Shown: positions 1-7,049 of the stretch, in pieces
Layout: every line of letters begins with the position of its first letter
How positions within the stretch are numbered: position 1 is the stretch's first letter
DNA from: Chloroflexia bacterium
GTDB lineage: Bacteria; Chloroflexota; Chloroflexia; QHBQ01; JAICKM01
Direction: 5' to 3'
DNA length: 64,000 nucleotides
Assembly (NCBI GenBank): GCA_038228295.1
Contig: JBBRPH010000021.1
Coordinates: 9,954-73,953 of the forward strand
Notes under the pieces: model-generated
The model's database searches: none
The model's input: only the letters and a program-made list of their open reading frames with translations
Told to the model about the DNA's origin: nothing
Translations under genes and position numbers: made by a program

Positions 1-189
1 GTGGTGGGTGACCGCGCCGACACCGATATTCGTGCCGGGCGGCGTGCCGGCCTGCCGACTGCGCTGGTACTGACCGGCGTAACGCGGCCGGAGCAGGTGG
101 CGGGGTTGCCGCCCGATCAGCAAGCAGACTTTGTTTTTCAGAATCTGGAGGAGTTGCAAGCCTTCCTATGCGCCCCGGCGCGGGCGTAA
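1..189 (+). CDS. HAD-superfamily hydrolase, C-terminal fragment (gene begins upstream of the window)
   Basis: Reading frame is open at the window edge. VGDRADTDIRAGRRAGLPTALVLTG resembles the last HAD motif (GD-x3-D) of NagD/subfamily IIA phosphatases. Confidence 0.6.
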   Translation: MVGDRADTDIRAGRRAGLPTALVLTGVTRPEQVAGLPPDQQADFVFQNLEELQAFLCAPARA

Positions 190-210
190 GAGCAGGCCGC
201 ACGAAACATT

Positions 211-612
211 ATGCCTAAAACTCCCGTTCACAGCACTGACGCACCACAGGCTATTGGCCCCTACTCACAAGCGATTATCGCTAATGGTTTCATCTACTGC
301 TCCGGCCAGACTCCGCTGGACCCCGCGACTGGGCAACTAATCGAAGGCGACATCGCGACCCAGACGCGCCGAGTGCTGGACAACCTGGATGCTGTGCTAC
401 GAGCCGCCGGCTCCAGTTTCAGCCAAGTCGTCAAGACCAGCGTCTTCCTGGTAGATATGGCCGATTTCGCGGCCATGAATGCGGCCTATGCGGACTATAT
501 GGGCAACACCCCACCCGCCCGTACAACCATTGGCGTGGCAGCTCTACCGCGTAATGCCCGTGTTGAGATCGATTGCATTGCCTTGATCGGTGATGGGAAC
601 CAGCCTTCGTGA
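211..612 (+). CDS. ridA: RidA/YjgF/TdcF-family reactive-intermediate (enamine/imine) deaminase
   Basis: APQAIGPYSQAI...GQTPLDP.TGQL..GDI..QTRRVLDNL..VL.AAGSS...VVKTSVFL.DM.DF...N..Y matches the family along its full length. Confidence 0.9.
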   Translation: MPKTPVHSTDAPQAIGPYSQAIIANGFIYCSGQTPLDPATGQLIEGDIATQTRRVLDNLDAVLRAAGSSFSQVVKTSVFLVDMADFAAMNAAYADYMGNTPPARTTIGVAALPRNARVEIDCIALIGDGNQPS

Positions 613-1604
613 GCCGACCGCCCGCCGACCTCTCCCCTGACCCCTCCCCTACAAAGGGAGGGGCGTTAGACAATCATACCCATTTCCCCCTTGACGGGCG
701 AGGAAAGAAAAAGAGCCGGCAGCAAGCGTCTTTGCCGTCTCCCCCTTCTCAGGGAGGAAAAGGGAGCAGGTTGGAGCCGTCGGCGCCGACGTTCCAGTTT
801 GACTACGAAGACCCGCGCACCGTCGAAGGGCGCGGGGGGCTGCGAACAGACAGCCACGACTTGGCGGCGTTGCGCTTAGAACGATGCCTAGCCGCCCTGA
901 CAGGGCAGCAGGGCAGCCTGCTTGAGGTGGGCTGCGGCGCCGGACGTAACCTGCGCGCTTTCGCTCACTACCGACCCGATCTCCAGTTGCAGGGCACAGA
1001 CATCAGTCGCGTGGCATTGCACGAGGCGGCGGTGGCGGGCGGGCCGATTGTCTACACGATGGGCGATGCCCTTGACCTACCCTATCCCGCGGCCTCGTTT
1101 GACGTCGTGGTGCTGTTCGATTTGCTGGAACATGTGCCCGACGTAGACAAAGCGGTGGCCGAGGTGGCCCGCGTGCTGCGGCCCGGCGGCGTATTTCACG
1201 GCTTTGTGCCGTGCGAAGGCAATGGACGCACGCTGTTCGCGCTGCTGCGGCACAGCCGGCGGCTACCGATTCACCGCTGGAAGCGTGACCATATTGGGCA
1301 TATCCAAATCCTGACCACCAACGATTTGCGCCGCTTTGTGGAAACCAATGGCCTAACGGTGCGTGATATCACCTATAGCTTCCACCTGCTGGGCCAAATC
1401 CATGACATTGTGGACTACTGGCGGCGCGAACAGTTAGCCGGAGGACAGGCGCGCAATCCGCTCAGTCGTGCCCTGGTCAAAGCGATCAGCCGGGTGGTGT
1501 TCTATCCCACCTGGCGGCTGGCCTACTGGGAAGACCAGTGGCGCAAACACGACCGGCGCGCCATCGGGGTCCATTTGACCGCGCAAAAGGGGAACCCCGC
1601 ATGA
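609..1604 (+). CDS. Class I SAM-dependent methyltransferase with a ~60-aa N-terminal extension encoded by hairpin repeats
   Basis: Motif I is LLEVGCGAGRNL, with FDVVVLFDLLEHVPD and LRPGGVF downstream. The GTG start overlaps the ridA stop (GTGA at 609-612). There is no in-frame ATG before the methyltransferase core. Confidence 0.75.
   Translation: MSRPPADLSPDPSPTKGGALDNHTHFPLDGRGKKKSRQQASLPSPPSQGGKGSRLEPSAPTFQFDYEDPRTVEGRGGLRTDSHDLAALRLERCLAALTGQQGSLLEVGCGAGRNLRAFAHYRPDLQLQGTDISRVALHEAAVAGGPIVYTMGDALDLPYPAASFDVVVLFDLLEHVPDVDKAVAEVARVLRPGGVFHGFVPCEGNGRTLFALLRHSRRLPIHRWKRDHIGHIQILTTNDLRRFVETNGLTVRDITYSFHLLGQIHDIVDYWRREQLAGGQARNPLSRALVKAISRVVFYPTWRLAYWEDQWRKHDRRAIGVHLTAQKGNPA
641..756. repeat. 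Pair of C-tract/G-tract hairpins inside the methyltransferase 5' end
   Basis: CCCCTCCC (641-648) and GGGAGGGG (656-663) form a perfect 8-bp stem. A weaker CTCCC/GGGAG hairpin lies at 739-756. Translated as PSPTKGGA and LPSPPSQGGKGS. Confidence 0.7.
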
Positions 1605-2557
1605 TCCGTCTCTGGACCGCCGCTGCGATAATCGCCGCCGTTGTGCTGGTGCTGCTGGGCCGCGTGATCCCGGTGCCGCCCGTCGTCACCGGCGAAGAAG
1701 GCTCGCGCACCGATCTAGTGAAGACCCGTATTGATGTAGTCACGGCGCGCTACGATTTCCAACAAAAAGAACTGGCCTACCACCGGTTTCTGACGAAACC
1801 GCTGACCTTGATCCCCAACGAGGTGCGCCGGCAGGCCACTGAGTGGGAAAACGGCGGCAACCATCAAGTGCTACTAGAGCAGGCCCGCAACAAAATCCAG
1901 CAGAGCGTGGATCTAGGCCATGCAATGATCCCCTATGCCGAGTCGGGCGAAGCGTTTTTCGCCCAACTACGCCGCTACGACGACAATCTGATGAGTTGGA
2001 GCCGCACGCTGGGGGCGCGCAGCGAAGAGTTACGTCGCTCTACTTGGCCGATCCTCGAATGGCTGAAAAAGTACCCGTTAGAAAGCGGCGGTGAAGATCG
2101 CGAGTTCCACGCCTTTCCCGCCTCCAATGTGGTGCGGGCGACTGCGCTGATCGAGAAGTTGGCCCCACAACTCGATGCGCCCGATGCCGATGCGACCACG
2201 TTCCGCCGCCTGGCGCTGGCGACTGATGATCTGTGGGCCGCCGGCAAAAACATTCCCAGCGTGAACAAGTATCACGACGGCTACTTTAGTGCGTTGCGCC
2301 GCTACGATGCCCAATCGCTGGAGGTAGCCGTTGTGCCCGAAGCGCCGCTACCCAGCGGGCAAACGACGCGGGCCTGGCTGGCGGCGAGCGCGCTAGGCGC
2401 ATTGTTGGCCGGGGCGCTATTACTGTTCCTGGCCCCCGCCGCGTTCTGGCAACGGTTCGCGCCGCTGGCCGCTCGGTTGGCCCCGCTGACGGCGCGCCTC
2501 ACGGCCCTCATCGGGCGGCTGCCCTTGCTGCGCCCGCGCCCAGTCGCCACAAAGTAA
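1601..2557 (+). CDS. Hypothetical membrane-anchored protein (N- and C-terminal TM segments)
   Basis: ATG at 1601 overlaps the upstream stop (ATGA). MIRLWTAAAIIAAVVLVLLG is a hydrophobic anchor, and a C-terminal hydrophobic stretch reads AWLAASALGALLAGALLLFLAP. I recognise no family. Confidence 0.5.
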   Translation: MIRLWTAAAIIAAVVLVLLGRVIPVPPVVTGEEGSRTDLVKTRIDVVTARYDFQQKELAYHRFLTKPLTLIPNEVRRQATEWENGGNHQVLLEQARNKIQQSVDLGHAMIPYAESGEAFFAQLRRYDDNLMSWSRTLGARSEELRRSTWPILEWLKKYPLESGGEDREFHAFPASNVVRATALIEKLAPQLDAPDADATTFRRLALATDDLWAAGKNIPSVNKYHDGYFSALRRYDAQSLEVAVVPEAPLPSGQTTRAWLAASALGALLAGALLLFLAPAAFWQRFAPLAARLAPLTARLTALIGRLPLLRPRPVATK

Positions 2558-2572
2558 CGAGCAGGACACCCG

Positions 2573-4111
2573 ATGCAAACCACCCAGGTCCAGCCTCAAC
2601 CCGCGCCCACCTTAGCACTACCTACGAATAGTCGCCTGCGGGCGGGGCTACAGTCCGACGGCGCGGCGCTGGCTGCGCTGTTCGTGGCAGCGGCGATCTA
2701 TTACCTGTTGCCGGGCCTACCCGCCGCCGTCATCGGAGCTGCACTTTATTTCGCGCTGGCCCTCTGGCGGCCACACCTCACGCCCGCCCCGATCATTGCC
2801 AGTGCGTCGCTGTTCCTGCGCCCGCGTGGCATCGGCCACTACAACTTCGCCCTGGCCGAGACGCTGATCGTGCTATCGGTGGCCGCCTGGGTTATCCGTG
2901 ATGGGCTAGCGCTGTTCACCAGCCACCGCCTTCCTGTAGGCGAGGGGCTGAGGGTGCCGGCAGTTAACCTCCGCACCGTCTTGCTCACCGCCATCCGCCG
3001 GCCCTTTGTTTGGGCGGCCGCTGCATTCCTGATCGTGGGCGCGCTGTCGCTGATCTTGCCGCACCCCAGCCATCGTGCTGAAGCCCTGCGCGAGTTCCGC
3101 TGGACAATTGTCGAGCCGGTGCTAGCCTTTGCTCTCATGGCGCGCTATGTCCGCACACGGAGTGACATCTTCCGCGTGCTGACCGCGTTTCTGGTGTCGA
3201 GCGCCTTGAATGCCCAGGTCGGCGTAGACCAAGCGCTATTCGGTGACACTTGGAGCATGGAAGGTGTGGGCCGCGCTATCGGCTTGTTCAACAGCGCCAC
3301 TGCATTCGGTATTTTTGTCGGGCGGGCGCTGGCAATGGCCCTGGCCCTGGCGATCTTCTTGCCTTCCGCCGATGAGCTAATGCGCCGCCGACACTGGGGC
3401 TACGCGCTGCTGTGCCTACCACTAGGCTTGGGTGTGATCCTTAGCTTTACGCGCGGTGCATGGCTGGGGGTGGGCATGGCGGTGCTGGTTGTGGCGCTGG
3501 TAGCACGAGCCTGGCGATTGCTGCTGGGCCTCGGTGGGTTGGCAGTGGCCGGCGTGATCTATTCACTGTTCAGCAACGTCGAGCGGCTGAATACGCTATT
3601 CAGCCTGACGGGCGGTACCAACGTCTCGCGCCTCGTGATCTGGCAATCGGCCTGGCGCGTTATCAAAGCGCACCCGTTGACCGGTATCGGCCTCGACCAG
3701 TTCCTCTACCAAGAGGGCTATGGCATCCCGCAAAACCGCTTCCAGACCGTTTCACATCCGCACAACTGGATCCTCGATACCTGGTTGCGGCTGGGCCTGT
3801 GGGGGTTGGGGTTAATGGCGCTAACCTTCCTGGTCTATTTTGTGCTGGCCGGCTACGCCTATCGAGGGCAACGCAATACCGTGCGCGGCGCGCTGATCTT
3901 GGCCTTGATCGCCGGCATGACCGATCATGTGGTGCATGGTCTGGTGGATATGGCCTATTTCACGCAAGACCTGGCGCTAGTCTTCTGGTTTATGCTTGGC
4001 CTACTCGGCGCAGTACTGCTAATGCCCAAAGAAACGGCGGTCGCTGCGGTCCCCGCCACCGCTATTACGCCGGACCCTGCTACGCTAGACGCTGCACCTC
4101 TGCCCGCCTAA
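2573..4111 (+). CDS. O-antigen ligase-like (Wzy_C/RfaL-type) polytopic membrane protein
   Basis: About 12 hydrophobic segments. SFTRGAWLGVGMAVLVV, then GIGLDQF and HPHNWILDTWLRLGLWGL, are typical of the O-antigen ligase/polymerase family. Confidence 0.7.
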   Translation: MQTTQVQPQPAPTLALPTNSRLRAGLQSDGAALAALFVAAAIYYLLPGLPAAVIGAALYFALALWRPHLTPAPIIASASLFLRPRGIGHYNFALAETLIVLSVAAWVIRDGLALFTSHRLPVGEGLRVPAVNLRTVLLTAIRRPFVWAAAAFLIVGALSLILPHPSHRAEALREFRWTIVEPVLAFALMARYVRTRSDIFRVLTAFLVSSALNAQVGVDQALFGDTWSMEGVGRAIGLFNSATAFGIFVGRALAMALALAIFLPSADELMRRRHWGYALLCLPLGLGVILSFTRGAWLGVGMAVLVVALVARAWRLLLGLGGLAVAGVIYSLFSNVERLNTLFSLTGGTNVSRLVIWQSAWRVIKAHPLTGIGLDQFLYQEGYGIPQNRFQTVSHPHNWILDTWLRLGLWGLGLMALTFLVYFVLAGYAYRGQRNTVRGALILALIAGMTDHVVHGLVDMAYFTQDLALVFWFMLGLLGAVLLMPKETAVAAVPATAITPDPATLDAAPLPA

Positions 4112-4276
4112 GCCGTCCCATCGGCCGATCCAGGCAGCACAATAGGCACACTTTTTGCATCGCCTGCCCAACGACAACAATACCGGTAGCGCCTGTGCCA
4201 AAAAGTGCCGCGTGTTGGGCGACTCGATACACGGATCGCTTGGAGCAGGCTTCTAGCATTTAGGAGGAGCTGTGCA

Positions 4277-5245
4277 ATGACCGTCAAATTTGGCTTATTT
4301 GTACCCCAGGGTTGGAAGATGGATCTGGTAGGGATCGCAGATCCCTTTGAGCAATATGAGGCTATGACCCGTGCCGCCCGTGCCGCCGAGGAAGCGGGCT
4401 TGGATTCGATCTGGGTCTATGATCATTTCCATACCGTGCCGGTACCGACCGAGGAAACGACGTTTGAGGCGTGGACGATCACTGCCGGATTAGTACGCGA
4501 TACACAGCGCGTGCGCGTGGGGCAGATGGTGACCTGCAACGGCTATCGCAGCCCGGCACTGCTGGCGAAAATGGCCTCCACGGTAGATGCGATGAGCAAT
4601 GGGCGTCTGATCTGCGGCTTGGGGGCGGGCTGGTATGAGCATGAGTGGCGCGCCTATGGCTACGGCTTCCCTGATGTGCCGGTTCGCATGGGGATGTTCC
4701 GCGAAGCTTGCGAAGTGATCCACCAGATGTGGACTGCGAACGCACCGGTATTCCAGGGCAAATACTACACGATTGATAAGCCGATTAACCTACCACGGGG
4801 CGCAGGCAGCGGGCACCCGGAAATGTGGATCGGCGGCGGCGGCGAAAAGGTCACACTGAAATTGGTGGCGCAATATGCCGACGGCTGCAACGTCGGCGGC
4901 GGCAACCCCGATACGATCCGCCAGAAAGTAGCCGTGCTACGCGGCCATTGCGAGCTGTTGGGCCGCGACCCCAGCACGATCACTGTCAGCACCAGCATCG
5001 AAGATGTCCACCTGTTGCGCCCCGGCGAAGACCCGGCCCAAGCCCATGCCTGGACCAACGGCCGCATGACCGCCGATCAATATCAGAGCCGCTACAAGAT
5101 CCTCACCGCCGATCAACTGACGCAGCAGATCCAGGGGGTGGTGGACGCGGGCGCGACCTATGTCCTGGTCTATCTGGCCGGACTGGCCTATGACCAGGAG
5201 ATGATCCACCGCTTCGCCCAGGATGTGATGCCGCGCTTCGCGTAG
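4277..5245 (+). CDS. LLM-class F420-dependent oxidoreductase (Rv1855c-like family)
   Basis: AGGAGG RBS at 4263-4268. MTVKFGLFVPQGWKMDLVGI, DSIWVYDHFHTVP, GLGAGWYEHEWRAYGYGFP and WIGGGGEKVTLKL are typical of luciferase-like monooxygenases. Confidence 0.85.
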   Translation: MTVKFGLFVPQGWKMDLVGIADPFEQYEAMTRAARAAEEAGLDSIWVYDHFHTVPVPTEETTFEAWTITAGLVRDTQRVRVGQMVTCNGYRSPALLAKMASTVDAMSNGRLICGLGAGWYEHEWRAYGYGFPDVPVRMGMFREACEVIHQMWTANAPVFQGKYYTIDKPINLPRGAGSGHPEMWIGGGGEKVTLKLVAQYADGCNVGGGNPDTIRQKVAVLRGHCELLGRDPSTITVSTSIEDVHLLRPGEDPAQAHAWTNGRMTADQYQSRYKILTADQLTQQIQGVVDAGATYVLVYLAGLAYDQEMIHRFAQDVMPRFA

Positions 5246-5385
5246 TGGCGGCCCCGTCGTTAGACAGGGAATCTTATAGGCACTAGACCCTGATCCCGTT
5301 TGCAACGCTATGCTATAATAGGATCAGCCGACCCGCTTGCCGGCACGCCCTTTATACCCTGTGGGGTAGAAAGCGAGTTACTGCG

Positions 5386-5436
5386 ATGGCTAAGGATAAG
5401 AAAAAAGGCAAGAAAGACAAGAAGAAGGATAAGTAG
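5386..5436 (+). CDS. Candidate 16-codon Lys/Asp-rich micro-ORF (MAKDKKKGKKDKKKDK)
   Basis: ATG..TAG ORF in a low-GC intergenic patch. A TATAAT lies at 5314-5319 upstream and a strong intrinsic terminator follows. The RBS is weak and I have no homology information. Confidence 0.2.
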   Translation: MAKDKKKGKKDKKKDK

Positions 5437-5456
5437 CGCAGGCGCGCTTATCGCCA

Positions 5457-5488
5457 GCCGTCGGGAGCGATCCCGGCGGCCTTTTTAT
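5457..5488 (+). terminator. Rho-independent terminator
   Basis: GCCGTCGGGA-GCGA-TCCCGGCGGC gives a 10-bp stem (one G.U pair) with a GNRA tetraloop. It is followed by CTTTTTAT. Confidence 0.6.
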
Positions 5489-6027
5489 GGGGCGGCGATC
5501 TCGGTCAGCCATTGGGCCGTAGCACGCGGGGAGCGCAAGCGGATGATGCGGAGGTGCGCGTACTGCGGGTCGGTCAGCGCCTGCTCATAGCGGCGGCGCT
5601 TGGATCGGTAGTGGGTGAGCATCCAGAGCAGGATCGAGTTGCGGCTCAACAGGGCGTTGCGGAGCGACTCGCGATTGCCGTTCCACATCTCTTCGCGGGT
5701 GACGGCACGGTGCAGGGTGCGGCGGGTGAGCTGCCACAGGATGCGCGGCAGGGCGTAGTCGAGCCAGACCACCGTATCGGCGCGGCCCCAGGTGAGGTCG
5801 CGCACGCGGCTGTAGTTGCCGTCCAGCACCCAGGTTGGGCCGGCCAGGGCGGCGGTCACCCGGTCGCGGAACACCTCTACCGGCGCTTCGGTCCAGTTCG
5901 GCTCCCAGTTCAGCGCGTCCAGTTCGATATGGGGGACAGCGCGTTGCTGGGCCAGTGCCCGCGCCAGGGTGGTCTTGCCCGACCCGCTGCTGCCGACCAC
6001 CACGATGCGCTGCCCTACTGCGCTCAT
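5485..6027 (-). CDS. P-loop NTPase, adenylate-kinase/FlaR-like (topology modulation protein-like)
   Basis: Walker A is VVVGSSGSGKTTLARAL. HIELDAL.W.PNW and VLDGNYS are typical of small AAA/dNMP-kinase-like proteins. Confidence 0.7.
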   Translation of the reverse strand: MSAVGQRIVVVGSSGSGKTTLARALAQQRAVPHIELDALNWEPNWTEAPVEVFRDRVTAALAGPTWVLDGNYSRVRDLTWGRADTVVWLDYALPRILWQLTRRTLHRAVTREEMWNGNRESLRNALLSRNSILLWMLTHYRSKRRRYEQALTDPQYAHLRIIRLRSPRATAQWLTEIAAP

Positions 6028-6308
6028 TTGCAGACGGGCAGGCGCACGCTAAAACCGGGATCGGGGTAGCCCTTGCCCGGTGCGCTGAAACCGGGGTCCA
6101 CCGCCACGGCAGCCTGCCCACTGCGCGGCAGCCCAGCGCGAAAGCCGGGATCGCCGGCATGAACGCAGGTTGTCACCGGTGCCAGGACCGGTGGGGTCGG
6201 CGGCGTAGAGCCGCTAGCGCTGCTGCCGCCCGGCACGCTCAGCGCTAGCATTAGGACGACCGCCCCGGCCAAGACACGCAAGATGTGTGAGTTCGTTATC
6301 GTTAGCAT
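6024..6308 (-). CDS. Small secreted protein with three DPGF repeats bounded by Cys residues
   Basis: Signal-like N-terminus LRVLAGAVVLMLALSVPGG. The mature part carries AGDPGFRAG, AVDPGFSAPG and YPDPGFSVRL between two Cys. Its stop overlaps the start of the downstream kinase gene by 4 nt. An AAGGAGG lies upstream. Confidence 0.45.
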   Translation of the reverse strand: MLTITNSHILRVLAGAVVLMLALSVPGGSSASGSTPPTPPVLAPVTTCVHAGDPGFRAGLPRSGQAAVAVDPGFSAPGKGYPDPGFSVRLPVCK

Positions 6309-6385
6309 AGACAGCTTAGTTTACCTCCTTGAAGATTCTACTAAAGCTCCCACTCTTGGATTCACACGAAAGTGGCGGCGCTTAA

Positions 6386-6727
6386 TTATTTTCGGTGTGT
6401 AGTTGGTCTACAACGCCAAAAGCTGAGGGTAACAAAGCCTAAAGGAGTTCGTGTATCCTTCCAGCGATCATACTCCGTACACGAAGTGGCTAACCGCAGT
6501 TGTAGCGGACTGTTGTGCTGTGCGAAATGGATCAGCTTCTTACGGCGAGGATGAATTGTGTAGCCAAAAGTTCCTACTTGCATGGATACCGAACGACCTT
6601 TGATAGCTACATACATTATTAGGGGACCCGTTAGAAACGCGAAAATCACAACTCTTGCCACAAGCCACAGCTTGGGCGTTGTAGAGAATTGATCACTGTT
6701 CATAGACCACTTATGCAATTCATCCAC
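6386..6727 (-). CDS. Hypothetical protein in a low-GC island (one predicted TM helix)
   Basis: The only sizeable ORF in the visibly AT-richer stretch at about 6310-6730. It has one hydrophobic segment, LWLVARVVIFAFLTGPLIMYVAI. No recognisable family, and coding status is uncertain. Confidence 0.25.
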   Translation of the reverse strand: MDELHKWSMNSDQFSTTPKLWLVARVVIFAFLTGPLIMYVAIKGRSVSMQVGTFGYTIHPRRKKLIHFAQHNSPLQLRLATSCTEYDRWKDTRTPLGFVTLSFWRCRPTTHRK

Positions 6728-6981
6728 GCTTGGCCTCGAATCTCGTGCGGCATCGTTGCGCCTGCGGTGCGGCTAACCCAACAATCAGCACCCTGCCCCG
6801 CGACCGGCCACTACCGCGATCTCTCCCGCCGGTTGTTGCGCCCCCTGTGGGCCGGGTCGCAGGGCGATGGTCGCAGGGCGGAGCCCCCTCCTACACTCCT
6901 ACAATGCCGTGCAAGCGACCAGCGGGGTTGCCTCAGTATATTGACGCGCCCGCCCCGCGAAAAGTTCCCGCGCAGTAGAGC

Positions 6982-7013
6982 AAACGGCCACTGGAGCGCT
7001 CCAGTGGCCGTTT
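6982..7013. terminator. Perfect 15-bp palindrome downstream of the clp gene
   Basis: AAACGGCCACTGGAG-CG-CTCCAGTGGCCGTTT lies 37 nt after the clp stop and is flanked by short T/A runs on both strands. Confidence 0.6.
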
Positions 7014-7049
7014 ACATCATTGGTGCCGCAAGCAGTCCCATTACATAAT

